In this document: piece after piece, positions 12,731-25,142 of the stretch
How positions within the stretch are numbered: the stretch's first letter is position 1
Layout of the letters: every line of letters starts with the position of its first letter
DNA from: Octopus bimaculoides
Lineage: Eukaryota
Direction: 5' to 3'
NCBI RefSeq assembly: GCF_001194135.2
Contig: NC_068981.1
Location: 20,469,580-20,533,579 of the forward strand
Length of the DNA stretch: 64,000 bases
Made by a program: the position numbers and the translations under genes
The notes under the pieces: model-generated
The model's database searches: none
What the model saw: only the letters and a program-made list of their open reading frames with translations
Told to the model about the DNA's origin: nothing

Positions 12731-13136
12731 CAAAATAATACCAGCATTGCCAGAAACAAGAATGAAAAACAACTCAAAAAGCCACAAAAAGAACTAACTA
12801 GGTTTGAATTGTTAACAGGCCACCTATATTATTTATACTATACACTTCTACCTCTTTGAATTAGCACATGCTTTCAATGGTTTTTCTCATGAGTTGCCAA
12901 AACGAATTATGCTACAACCCTAGGTGCAGTAAAATCCACTGACAAGAGCTAAGATAAAATTCAGAGTTCAAAATCATGTGGAATGGATATATCTGCTACT
13001 TCTTGTGTAATTTTGTCTCACTCTGGTAAAGAGCTTTCTCGCTTCCTCTCTTTCATCAACTTATTGAGTTAGTGCCTTTTGTGGCTTTTTGAGTTGTTTT
13101 CAGCTCTTGTTTCTGGCAATGCTGGAACTATCTTGT
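12731..13136. mobile_element. Foldback/MITE embedded between (TA)n tracts
   Basis: 12741-12799 is the reverse complement of 13067-13125 with a few mismatches; (TA)n on both sides. Confidence 0.7.
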
Positions 13137-13171
13137 ACCCTCGTTTATATATATATATAGAATTAACATTG

Positions 13172-13237
<66 letters not shown>

Positions 13238-13380
13238 AACATATGTACATACACACGTGGGGATATCAAAAGGTTCCCTGACTAATTATAAATTAGTCAG
13301 GGAACTGACTAATTTTTCATATAATTTTTGTAAAGAGAAAGGATAGAAGAGAGAGAAAAAAACGTCTGCTCTTTTGAACG

Positions 13381-14475
13381 TCCGTGCAGGAAAAGAAGGT
13401 CACCGTTGATGTCCCAGCCCTTTTTTTCCAGCTCATCTCATCCCCACGCGCTCCCCTGATTTCAAAGATCACCTCTTCATTTTACTCCATGTCAAAATCT
13501 GCCATCCACTTGGGTGGACACCTCACACGCCGTGATCTCTGTAGGGAGGGAGCCTCATTCTCTTTCTCTCCCCTACTGTCATCAGATGAAAGCAACAATT
13601 CTTATTTCTTTACTGCCCACAAGGGGCTACACACAGAGGGGACAAACAAGGACAGACAAACGGATTAAGTTGATTATATCAACCCCCAGTGTGTAACTGG
13701 TACTTATTTAATCGACCCCGAAAGGATGAAAGGCAAAGTCGACTTCGGTGGAATTTGAACTCAACGTAGCGGCAGACAAAATACCGCTAAGCATTTCGCC
13801 CGGCGTGCTAACGTTTCTGCCAGCTCACCAAAAGCAACAATTCTGTGAACATCCAAGTCATAACGTGACATTCCATCTACAGAAACGTTATTTTGGAATT
13901 AACAGTCATCACTGTTCCTCTGTTCCACTGAGACGGGCAGTGTGCCTTCGGGAGCTTGACCCAGACTTCACCTCCCACTTCCATGATGATAGGCCCTCTC
14001 TCTTCCACAGAGCATTTGGATAGTTTACTCAGATGCCACCATTCATATCTGAATAGCACTGTGTAGCACGGACTCTTTGACATGTCCTGGTCGGGGTAAC
14101 ATATTGCACCAGAATACTGCTTCCATCAGTGAGATGTTCCCCCTCTCCATCATGGCCTTGATCGTTCGATGATGTCTTTCCACGATCCCATTTCCATTCG
14201 GCCTGTATGCTGCTCTGAAGAAGTGGTGCATGTTCCCCTTATCAAGCATCTCCTTCAGTATCTCTGAATAAAATGCAGTGCCGTTGTCCATCAGCAATTC
14301 GTCCACAGGTCCCCACTCCAGGAATATCTCTTTCAGAACATGTGCAATCTTGTCTGCAGAGCCCGTCTTCATTTCCCTCCAAATGGCCACCTGACTTGGC
14401 CCACAGTCGACCATGAAGAGATACGCCCCCCCCCCCTTGCCGCTAATGTGCCACATCCACCACCAATTGTCTCCA
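13381..14475 (-). mobile_element. Gypsy LTR-retrotransposon relic: integrase core, C-terminus, PPT and start of 3' LTR
   Basis: ORF 14456-14043 has rve motifs (FMVDC...LLMDNGTAF...AAYRPNGNGIVERHHRTIK). Then EVWVK...QWNRGTV and LQRSRRVRCPPKWMADFDME* (stop near 13484), a purine tract TCAGGGGAG, and LTR-like sequence from ~13450. Interrupted by a SINE. Confidence 0.85.
13603..13830 (-). mobile_element. SINE (family C) nested in the Gypsy relic
   Basis: Head GAGCTGGCAGAAACGTTAGCACGCCGGGCGAAATGCTTAGCGG on the minus strand. Perfect 14-bp TSD AAAGCAACAATTCT (13589-13602 and 13831-13844). Confidence 0.9.
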
Positions 14476-15281
14476 ATTTGTCAACCCCAAAAATGAAAAG
14501 CAAAGTTGACCTAAGTAGGAAGTGAACTCAGAGTGCTGAGAATTAGAACAAATACCTGGAAGCATTCTGTCAGACATTCTAATGAATATGTCACCTACAC
14601 AAGACAGAGTCATTTGTTATAATAGGGAATGTTATCAAAATTAATGGGTCCAAAATTCTTTATTTAAAATGAATTAATAATTATTCACTTATTTGAATCA
14701 AAATTACAGTTATTATTATTCCTTGTCTTGGGTCTCAAACTCATGGCAGAGTTGTAGGGCTGTTGTCATGACATACAGTGCGTTTGAGGCATTTAAGACC
14801 TGATGGAGCTCATCTCTCTTCAGGTCTTACAACAATTCATTTATTCCAGAAAGAAAGAGAGAGAATGAATGAACCCCAGCACAAAACTGGTACTTTATTT
14901 ATTGACTTCAAAAGTTAACCTCAGAGCACAGACAGTTGGATGGAACCCCATGAGGCAATCCATTCTTTGCTCTCACAATTCAACCAATTCACTGCCTTTA
15001 GCTATTATTAATGTTATTAGTTAACAATCAAAAAAGCTTTGTTCCAAAGTGATCACAATAAATGGTTTCCACTATATGTATATATTTTATGTATTTTTGT
15101 AAATACTTTAGCTTGTATACAGTTCTAACTATACAGATAAAGTAATACTCTAAGTTCATTTTCTATTCAATCACACAATTTTCTTGTTGCTATGACTACA
15201 TCTGTGACATCACAATGTTCCTGAATAATGTCATTAGAGAAACAAAAATTAGAATCTCTACTGAATTACAGTAAGTTTTGA

Positions 15282-16398
15282 ATGGCAGTTTATTTCATTT
15301 TGACTTATTGTGCTGTTTGGAGTATAATACTAAGTGAAACTGCATGCTGGGGATTACAGTCAAGAAATGGATCTAAACAGATAAAAGAGAAGCCCTCAAA
15401 TGTTAAGCATGCAGGTGAGGAATCTTTCCATATGTCTTCTGTCTACTGTCAAACAATATTAAAGAAATGTCTGTATAACAATGGTGAGAGAGAGCTTATA
15501 TATGTGGTGCAATTTGGGTATTCTTTACAATCCCTATACAGTCATGTGCTGTACAATCACACAACACAATATAATGGTGACGTTGTGAATGTAGAACAAG
15601 CAAGGAAAGAGGAAAAACAATTTTAGATTTAAGAAAAAAAAAAAACCAAGAGATTCAGAATTAAGTTTAAGCTATCTTGAGAGAGAATCTGAGAATATTT
15701 TCAAACAGATGGAAGTCATCATACTTGAATGTCCTGGTAGATCAAAACTGTTAAATTCTATGTTTGCATTTGGGATTGAAAAAATAGAGAAGCTTAGAGT
15801 GTTGTTGATAGGAGTTTCTGATGGTCTAATATTTAATTCAAAATTAAGACAGAAGCTAGCTATATGAGTATTTTTTAAATATTACCAATTAGCAGGTTAA
15901 AATTGAATTACTAATTAATAAGGAGGGGCTCCCTATAGATTATATACAAAGGGGTGCTGAAATGTTCCTGGCTTTGAGTAAAAGAAGAGACAGGAGGATT
16001 AGTTATGATTTTATTCAACATATTCCCCTCACAGATTCACACACATATTGCAGTAATCCTTCAGTTTTTCTACGCCATGTAAAAGAACTCGGAAGTTTAG
16101 GCCTCCAATGAGGCCTTTCACAATACCCTTAAAGCCAGGAATTTTACAGCACCCCCTTGTATATCATCATCGTCATTGCTTTTATGTCCACTTTTTCATG
16201 CTTACAAAGGTCAAACAGAATTTGTTGAGGTAAATTTTCTACAGCCCAGTATCCTTCCTTTTGTCAACCATAAGCTGTTTCCAAGCAAAACAATATTTTG
16301 CCATGACAAGACATGTTTTCATGGAAGACTAGAAATTAAGGACTCTGCTTATATGATTGTGATTCTCGTTTACAATTATTGCATAATGTTAAGAAGTA

Positions 16399-16435
<37 letters not shown>

Positions 16436-17472
16436 GCACGCACATAATCTATGCCACATTCCCACTAAAAACTTCACACTAAACATTAAACCCTTCACCC
16501 ATTCCTTTCTCCCTAAACTGAAACTGTCCAGAACTCTTTCCCCACAGAACTTCCTCACATCAATCTTACCAATTTAGGAAGACTTACAAAAATCATATAC
16601 ACTGCTCTAAGTCATCTATTATTTTTTTTTTTAATCCAACTTCTACTTCTATTGTTCCAGGAAAAGCCAACTCAAGAACCCGCTCCACAGCTGTTGAGTT
16701 GCCTAATTCAATCCGTGAATTGATCCTTCATTCTTTAGCTGTGACAATAAACAATGCAAAAGTGAATGAAAGCCAGGCTGCATTACTGCGTTGTAACAAC
16801 AAGATAAGCAAACTTATTTTGAAGAGATTCCCTGATGCTAAGTTCCTGTGGCTACATAATAACAAACATTTACGATTTAATGGTTTTAAATACAGACTGA
16901 AGAATGGGGACTTACTAATAAAACATTTCAAATCTTTAGCTGATAGTGGAGTGTATACCTGCCAAATGGTTTACAAACAAAAATGGAAGGTCACTCTAAC
17001 GATTTATTCACTGACAGTGGCAGCTTCATCTCCCAAAGACTTTCCACAACTGCACTTTACTTCTGGATCTACAGTTAAAATTGATTGTAACAGTGATATA
17101 CTTGGGGATTTGTACACTGGATCAACAAAACAGTGGACTATAAATGGGAAAGTTTTGAAACATGTTGCTAAAACTCGTGCCAATCATGACATATTAGATA
17201 CTGTATCTTCTGTTAGTGAAAACCAGTCTGGAATATGGATCTGTATGGTCCTGAGAAGAGATGATCCAAGAAAATTTTGGATTACTAATAAACTAAATGT
17301 AGTTATTGATCCTCCAAAAACCTTTTGGCAAGCAGTGATGAAATCTCGTTATTTTCCACTTTCCCTGACAAACATTATAGGAGTAATTTTCACTTTCCTG
17401 ACTTTAGTACTTTGTTTAGTTATAATTTCTGTGAATCGTTTTATTATAGCAAAAAACAAAAATAAAATCTAG
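15282..17472 (+). CDS. Gene B: signal peptide + two Ig-like domains + TM + 12-aa tail (~314 aa)
   Basis: Exon 1 15282-15414 (MAVYFILTYCAVWSIILSETACWG...; donor CAG|GTGAGG, phase 1) joins in frame to exon 2 16661-17472 (acceptor TTCTATTGTTCCAG|). Ig1: LLRC...FLWLHN...DSGVYTC. Ig2: VKIDC...KQWTIN...SGIWIC. TM: LTNIIGVIFTFLTLVLCLVIISV. AATAAA at 17560-17565. An alternative donor ACA|GTAAGT just upstream of the ATG could mark a different first exon. Confidence 0.88.
15947..16159. mobile_element. Tc1/mariner-type MITE in the gene B intron
   Basis: ~29-bp imperfect TIRs CAAAGGGGTGCTGAAATGTTCCTGGCTTT / AAAGCCAGGAATTTTACAGCACCCCCTTG with TA on both sides. Confidence 0.8.
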
Positions 17473-18759
17473 ATTCTTGGTTTTTTTAAAACCTTTCTCT
17501 CCCAAACAACTATTTTAATTGAAACTCCGGTGACTCCTTGTTCTTAAGATTCACAATGAAATAAAAGTCTAAAATATACATTTAGAAATTTTTGATAAGA
17601 AAATATAACAAAAGGAAAAGGAGTTAATTTTTATTAAAAATATGGTATTTATTTAATCTAAAATAATTGTTAATTTCACAAAGTTTTATTCAACATTGAT
17701 TTGGTCTGGCAATGTTGGCTAGCTATCATTGTCCGGAAATTTTGACTGGATAGACACAGAATTTAGTTGGTATGTTGTCTGCTATCTATACATAACAGTG
17801 GAGTCATCACTGCATCTTAACAACTTGCCTACTTCTGAAACTATAGCAAATTCCAAGAGTCAGAGTTTTTGAAATTTCAAGAGTCAAACTGGTCTGGGTT
17901 TTATAAAACTAAATTAACCAAGTGAGTCATTTATTGTTCCTTTTATAGCTCATTCACCTTCCTCTTCTCCCTCTTCCAGCCCTCTACTTCATGTACCTAC
18001 ACCTAACTGGATTCCTCTATGTGTCTCATGTTTAATAATATGTCACATTTTTAATGGTGTATCAAATCTACAAAGGAAGTACCGCATGCCTAATGTTGTA
18101 TTTCTTGTTAAATGCACATAGCTATATGAGGGTTGTTGATAAAGAGACTGAATAGGTGCAACATTAGTGAGAGGATGTTAGGAGAAGAGGTGAAAGGAAA
18201 TCTAATCCAAAGAGTGACTGAGGAGAAGGAGAGAGAGAGAGAGATGAGCAGTTATCTGATGGTTGTTGGTAAGGGTATGGAATAGAAACAACATGAGCAA
18301 GATATATTTTTAGTGTGAATATTAAATGTTTATCCCTGTTTTCTATGCACATTCAAAACAAGTGTTTCAGAATCTCCAAAGGTGGTGTGAAACAAGGAAG
18401 AAAAAAAAATGATAGGGAGAGGGAGAAGGAAGAGAAAGGGAGGGAGACAGAAAGAGATAGAGAGAGAAAGACAAAGAGAGGGTGAAAGCAAGAGCAATAG
18501 ATGAGTGTGAAAGATGTCAATGAGAAAGGAGAAAGGAATGTGAAAGAGAAAATAATAGCAGAGAAACAAGGTGATGGAAAAAAAGTGTAAGAAGTAAAAG
18601 AAAGGGGAGTGGGTGAGACAGAGAGTCAGAGAGTAATGGATGTCTGTGAAAAGTGATAGAGACATAATATGAGAGAGAGAGGAAGTCATGGAAAACAATA
18701 AAGATAAGGACTAAAGGAGAGAAGGAGTGATGGATATTTCAGTTTGTAAGCTATTTTTC

Positions 18760-19310
18760 ATGCCACCTCCCCTATTGAGGTTGTCATGCATGGTGGTCAT
18801 CCCCTAGCATGATGGGGATAAGTGGGATTAAACTATAGGAAGTGGGGTCCAGAACAGGTTCTTGTATAATAGATCAGCATGCCTACTCACATTTAGTAGG
18901 AGAAGGGGAGGAAGAGGAAAGAGAAAATAATCAGTAGGATCTGCAAAGAGATAGACAATGGCCATAAGGTGCCCAGGTGACTCCCCAAGACATAAGGTAT
19001 ATAGATGTGGGTGAGTGGATAATATGCAAGATTGTATGGAAAGGAAATGAGGGGATGAGAAGGTAGACTCAGAAAATTGGCAGGGTTGAAGTGACATGGT
19101 TGGGTTGTCTGCAGTAGCTGGGAAAAGGAACTAGAGACAGGTGTAGTGCAGGTGGAAAGTCATTGTAATGTGGGTGGAGAACACAATACATAGCACTTCC
19201 AGAACTCAGTTTCACTGAGTAGTAGAAGAGTTTTAAGGACTTGCATATCACTAGAGCTCCTGATTCTTTGTCATCTCTGCCACCAGGCTCAGAGTCAGCC
19301 TTCACCACTT
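18760..19310 (-). mobile_element. Heavily decayed Penelope-like GIY-YIG fragment
   Basis: Broken minus-strand frame LQPCQF...IQSCILSTHPHLYTLCLGE loosely matches the PLE motif 'FPC..C..IYCI.C..C..LYIGET'. A long GA-rich tract precedes it (18180-18720). Confidence 0.35.
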
Positions 19311-19334
19311 CATGCTATGTCTTCCGGAGTTATG

Positions 19335-19371
<37 letters not shown>

Positions 19372-19381
19372 NNNNNNNNNN

Positions 19382-20503
19382 TTTTTGTCCATTCTTCAGC
19401 TAAAACAGTCTCCAGTTCTTGTAGTGATGATGGTGGAGGATATCGACTCCTTACTTGTTTTTCCCAAATACACCATAAATATTCAACAATATTGAGATCT
19501 GGAGACTGTGGTGGCCAGAAAAGATGTTCAACTTCACTAGAATGCTCCTCGTGTCATTCAGTAACAACTTTAGCTGCGTGAATTGGTGCATTATCATCCT
19601 GAAAGATTGCGTTTCCCTCCAGAAACACTTCTGTAACCATAGGATGAATTTGATCAGATAAAATGCTTAAATAGTCTTGGCTATTAATTCTGCCATAAAG
19701 GGAAACCATTGGGCTGGTGGATTTCCAAGATATAGCTCCCCAGATCATCACAGATCTTCCTCCATGTTTAGCAGTTGGAAGAAGGCAGTCTGAGTCAAAT
19801 ACTTCTTTTGGCTGTCTCCACACGTATACTCAGCCAGTGGTCGGAAATAAGGTAAAGGATGACTTGTCCAAGAAAATAACATTCTTCCACTGCTCTAGGG
19901 ACCAATTCTGTAGGTTTTTACTCCACTCTAAAAGCTTTGAAATGTTTGTTTTTGAAAAGTAGTGGTCTTCTGATTGTAGCCCTCACATTAAATCCAGCTT
20001 TGTGCAGCTCCCAGCGAACAGTTTTTGTGGAAACTGGGTTCTCGAAGTGGTCATTAAGCTCTGCCGTAATTTTGGGAGCTGTACTATTGTGAACCTTTCT
20101 AACAATTCGTGTAAGAGTCTGATGGTCCCTATCTGAAAGTTTTGGTTTTCTTCCGTAATTTTGTTTCAACAAGGAGGTTTTTCCCTCTTTCTCAAAGGCT
20201 GTCATTACTTTCGAGACAGTACTTCTTGATACACCAAACATTTTGGCTGTTTTTGTTATGCTAGCACCTGTCATATGAGCACCAACAATTTGACCTTTTT
20301 GAAAGTCCGATAGATCTGTCATTTTAATGAATTTTAATTACCTTTTGCTGATGATATCTGAAAACAAACATCAATTTTAGCAAAACATATTAAGCAATAC
20401 TAATAATAAATCAAAAAACATAAAAATAAACAAACTTTTGATGGTTTTATAGATATTTCAAAATTATGATGCTAGATGTTTCCATTATTTTGTTCAACTC
20501 CTG
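19382..20503 (-). mobile_element. Defective Tc1/mariner transposon with DD36E triad spacing
   Basis: Paired HTH N-terminus (MTDLSDFQKGQIVGA...GRKPKLSDRD), then IFLDKS / FQDDNAPIH / WPPQSPDLNIVE. One frameshift and in-frame stops. 5' TIR CAGGAGTTGAACAAAATAATGGAAACA at 20503-20477. The other end is lost in the gap at 19372-19381. Confidence 0.92.
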
Positions 20504-20505
20504 TG

Positions 20506-20630
20506 TATATAGTAGAAGACACTTGCCCAAGTTGCCACAAAGTGGGATTGAACTCGGAACCATGTGGTTGATAAGCAAGCTACTTAACACACAGCCACTC
20601 CTGCACCTATAGGGTCTAAATATTTTATAA
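20506..20630 (-). mobile_element. 5' half of a family-B SINE, split by the Tc1 insertion at a TA
   Basis: TATAGTAGAAGACACTTGCCCAAG...AACCATGTGGTT...CACACAGCCACTCCTGCACCTAT directly abuts the Tc1 TIR. Confidence 0.7.
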
Positions 20631-20715
20631 GGAAAATAAGTATAATAAAATTATTAATAATAAAACGGTTAGAATTGGTTTTTCAGTATCTAAAAACTTA
20701 TTTAGAATTATCTCT

Positions 20716-21190
20716 TTGACTAATAACAATAAATTATACATTTTTTATAGTAATAGACATAACAATACTTTAATTATTAACACTAATAATGGACCTAATC
20801 AAAATCATGTAGCTAGAATTTGTGATTGTAGGTTTAAAGATAAATGTTATTTCAATAATTTTTGTATCCAAAGTAACCTTATATACAGATGTAGGGTAGA
20901 ACTGAAGGAAATAATTCTTTTTATATTAGGGGAACCGAAAATTTTATTAAACGATGTATTGCAAACTGAATATACTTTTAGAAACAGAAATAAGTTGTGT
21001 AGCACCAGTTTAAGTGAAATTATATGGAAGTTAAAGGATAATAATAAATTATATAACCTTAAATCACAAATACTTAGTCATACTAAATCTTATGAAATTT
21101 CTGATTGATAACAGATGTAACTTGTGTGAGGAGGAAATATACCAAATTTGAACATCAAAAATGAAACTTCTTAATGACAGACAAGACAGA
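20716..21190 (+). mobile_element. Penelope-like element GIY-YIG endonuclease relic
   Basis: RICDCRFKDKCYFNNFCIQSNLIYRCRV...TFRNRNKLCSTSLSEIIWKLKDNN...QILSHTKSY..*NRCNLCEEE matches the PLE EN pattern 'CNC...CPL.G.C...VVY...STELSK.IW.LK...C.LC'. Confidence 0.85.
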
Positions 21191-21320
21191 CACTCTTCAA
21201 AATATATGTTTAGAAAATATAATTAAGTTCAATTGATTATTTGAAGGATTATTGGATATTAAAGTATAAACTAACTATTTTAGATAATTAAATATTATAT
21301 CATTATATAATCTTTAGAAA

Positions 21321-21352
<32 letters not shown>

Positions 21353-21418
21353 CTGTATATATGTAGATATATGCAAATATATGTATATGTATATATCTAG
21401 CTTTATATTTGTAATTCA

Positions 21419-21570
21419 TATCATCATCATCATCATCATCGTTTAACGTCCGCTTTCCATGCTAGCATGGGTTGGACGATTTGACTGAGGACTGGTGAAA
21501 CCGGATGGCAACACCAGGCTCCAGTCTGATTTGGCAGAGTTTCTACAGCTGGATGCCCTTCCTAACGCCA
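21419..21570 (-). mobile_element. 3' end of RTE-related element with (GAT)n tail (family A)
   Basis: (CAT)n-CGTTTAACGTCCGCTTTCCATGCTAGCATGGGTTGGACG...GGATGCCCTTCCTAACGCCAA. Confidence 0.85.
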
Positions 21571-21886
21571 ATATATACACACACATATTTATTAGTGTAT
21601 TTGTATGTATGTATACTATTATTATTATTATTTAGTAAATTAATTAGAATCATTTATCTATAATCAATATTTTATTAAGTAATATAATACTAAGGTTTTA
21701 TTAATCTAAAAGTATATTGTCAGTAGATTATCTTATAATAATGTCTACTTAAATTCCATTATATTATAATGTAATTCTATATTAGATATAATCATTTTAA
21801 ATAGGTTTTAAATTTGTAATAATTATAATTTTAATTCATCATCACTATCATCACCATTGTTAAACATCCACTTTCCATGCTAGCAT

Positions 21887-21942
<56 letters not shown>

Positions 21943-22539
21943 GTAGATAGATAGATACTGGTGTCATTCAAATGGCATTCATGCCAGTAACATGTAAAAA
22001 CAACCATTACCCTCTCAGAGTGGTTAGTGTTAGGAAGAGCATCCAGTTGTAGAAGACATTCCAAGTCGGTCTGGATCCTGGCACAGCCTTCCAGGATGCC
22101 AGGCCAGTCAAACCATCCAACCCATGGGACAATAGACGTTAAATGATGATGATGCTAATCTAATATAATGAATGTAAATGTCAGTGTGTCACATTTTTTC
22201 AACTTTACTCCTACATGCGCTGGCCTAACATATCTTACCATTTTGGAATCAGGCTGACACCATGAGTAAATTAAAAACATTCTGGGCCGAATCCAGACAC
22301 TCAATCCTGAAATTTTGGATTCCCAAAATTTCATTATGAGCGTACAAAAAGTAAAGAAAAATTAGGGAGAGATAACTAATAAAAGAAGCGAAGGGAAGTA
22401 AGTCAACTTACTTTACCAAAATGAGTTTACATCACACCAAAATTAGTTTAGTTTGGAATTGGAAATCGATTGAAATGTCACATGGAAGACCAGTGGCACT
22501 GCAGTTTATTATACTTGAGTGGAAATCCTCAATCATGAA

Positions 22540-22985
22540 ACAATGTTATAAGAATCATGGAGTATTACTAAATTTGCAGAATCAGGCAACAACATCCTTC
22601 AATGGTTGGCACGGCACCGTTTAATTATGAACAAGTACACCTGTGAATATTGCAATTCACCATGTGACCTCATCACATGTGGTGACATTATTGATGGAAA
22701 CGTTTGGTACTGCAAGCTTTGTAAATTGTGAAAATCAATCCATCACAGGTCATACTTTGACAAAATTCATGTGCCCCTGTATAACAGCCTTTTAATCATT
22801 TATTGTTGATCATGCAATATGTCGCAAAATGATATGATGCATGAATCTTCTATACAAAGTAGAACTATGATTGTCGATTGGAGTAATTTCTATGGAGCAA
22901 TATGTGATGCTTAATTGAAAAAAATTCAATGCAAATCGGTGGCATCGATGCTAATGGGCAACCAGTCATTGTGGAGATAGTTCAA
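22540..22985 (+). mobile_element. Merlin (IS1016/IS1595-like) DNA transposase relic
   Basis: Frame not in the ORF track because of stops: NILQWLARHRLIMNKYTCEYCNSPCDL...DGNVWYCKLCKL*KSIHHRSYF...MIVDWSNFYGAIC, then after a frameshift QIGGIDANGQPVIVEI. This is the Merlin pattern 'C..C...DG..W.C..C...SIR..S.F...TIVDW.NF...IGG.....VEIDE'. Confidence 0.8.
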
Positions 22986-23221
22986 AAGACTTCAGTTTCC
23001 AGTGTGAGTGAGCTATGCACTGTCAATCAATAGGTCCCAAGTACAATCACCTTATCATGTGGCTTTTAAGCTGGTATATATATATATATTTATATGTAAT
23101 CTTAGTATATGTATATATTTACATTGANNNNNNNNNNNNNNNNNNNNNNNNNNNNNNNNNNNNNNNNNNNNNNNNNNNNNNNNNNNNNNNNNNNNNNNNN
23201 NNATATATATGCAAAACATTA

Positions 23222-23481
23222 TATCATCATCATCATCATTGTTTAACATCCGCTTTCCATATTAGCATGGGTTGGACGATTTGACTGAGGACTGGTGAAC
23301 CAGATGGCTGCACCAGGCTCCAATCTGATCTGGCTGAGTTTCTACAACTGGATGCCCTTCCTAACGCCAACCATTCCGAGAGTGTAGCAGGTGCTTTTAC
23401 ATGCCACCGGCACGAGGGCCAGTCAAGCAGTACTGGCAACAGCCATGCTCAAAATGGTGTTTTTTATGTGCCACCTGCACA
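23222..23481 (-). mobile_element. 5'-truncated family-A (RTE-tail) element
   Basis: Same (CAT)n tail and body as 21419. Flanked by a 53-bp direct repeat (23075-23127 and 23484-23536). Confidence 0.85.
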
Positions 23482-23974
23482 GATATATATATATATATTT
23501 ATATGTAATCTTAGTATATGTATATATTTACATTGATATCTGTATATATGCATCTGTTAACTCATTTTTGTTAATTATTTATAATTTTTTTTATATATTT
23601 GGGCAAATGAATACTGATATGTACTATGTATTGTTACGTGCACATACGTATATATATATATATATATATATATGTATGCATTTATCTATGTCTATACGTG
23701 CATAGGTGTGTATATATGTGCATATGTATCTATGTATGTGTGTGTTATAAGCATTACAATATGTTATATTCTTCTAATAAACTATATAATCTTAGTATAG
23801 GATAAGAATAATTATGATAATGATATTGAAGTCCTTAGGAAGTTGAAAAGTGATGTTATTTTATATCGAATGATCTTAAATGTAATTACATTCATTTTAA
23901 TTAAATGTTAAAGTAGACCCTACTCTAAATATATGTTTCTAACATTATATTATTCCTTCATAAGTATGAATGCA

Positions 23975-24372
23975 TGCACAAGAGTGGCTGTGTGGTAAGT
24001 AGCTTGCTTACCAACCACATGGTTTCGCGTTCAGTCCCACTGCATGGTGCCTTGGGCAAGTGTCTTCTACTATAGCCTCGGGCCGACCGAAGCCTTGTGA
24101 GTGGATTTGGTAGATAGAAACTGAAAGAAGCCCATTGTATAGATGTATATGTATATATGTGTGTGTCTGTGTTTGCCCCCCCCCCCTCAACATCGCTTGA
24201 CAACCGATGCTAGTGTGTTTATGTCCCCGTAACCTAGCAATTCGGCAAAAGAGACCGATAGAATAAGTACTAGGCTTACAAAGAATAAGTCCTGGGGTCG
24301 ATTTCCTCGACTAAAGGCGGTGCTCCAGCATGGCCACAGTCAAATGACTGAAACAAGTAAAAGAATAAAGAG
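23975..24372 (+). mobile_element. Full-length tRNA-derived SINE (family B)
   Basis: Head GAGTGGCTGTGTGGTAAGTAGCTTGCTTACCAACCACATGGTT..GTTCAGTCCC, internal (TA/TG)n, A-rich tail. Cephalopod tRNA-derived SINE families are known; the exact family is not assigned. Confidence 0.85.
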
Positions 24373-25142
24373 TATATTTATTTAAAATGAAATATTTCCC
24401 CTGAAAAATAAGAAATTTTTATTTATTTATGTAAAAATTAGTATAGATAAAAATTATTCTAGCATAAATATTTATTGTACACCATATTAAAAACATACTT
24501 TGTAAATTACCTTTGTGCAATTATGTCCCTTCTATTCTGCTGTAAATATAAATGCATATAAACATTATGATGAGATTTTCTCCTCTAAAAACTATGTAAT
24601 TTTAATTTCAATTTTAATTTTAGCAGTATTCTTTTTAGTATGGAAATGAGTAATTATCAAAAGGACATTTATGAAGTCCTTATGATTATTATTTTTTTTT
24701 TTTTTTTGATAACTGGTTAATTCAGCATTTATTTAATTTCTGTAATAATTATGTTACTATTTCGTATGTGTATTTCGTGTACAAGATTCTTGATGTGGAT
24801 ACGTGTGTTGAAAGAAATACAATTAAACCTTGCAATCTCTTCAGTAACTTGTCTCTCGAAGAGATTGCAAGAGTGCAATGAAATAATTTAACAAAAAACT
24901 ATATAAATTAATAAAGGACTGAAGCAGTGTGTGTGTTTATTACCGGCATAATGCCTCTCCCAAGGTTTAATTGTATGTTACTATGATAATATTTTTTAGA
25001 AAGTTTCTTCCTTATATAAACTATGTAATTTTTAATTATTAATCTTTCATATTTAGTAACGATTATTATAAATAATTAATGCAATGTAATTTATATTTGC
25101 TTTTTGATTAGAGATGGTAAAATAATTTGAATATTTTGAATA

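Noticed and set aside
15415-15626. Remainder of the 114-aa ORF 15282-15626
   Set aside because: Intron read-through past the CAG|GTGAGG donor; the phase-1 join to 16661 explains the N-terminal part.
23975-24060. tRNA-like A/B-box sequences (also at 40436, 5095, 33225)
   Set aside because: These are SINE heads followed by SINE bodies and tails; no complete cloverleaf.
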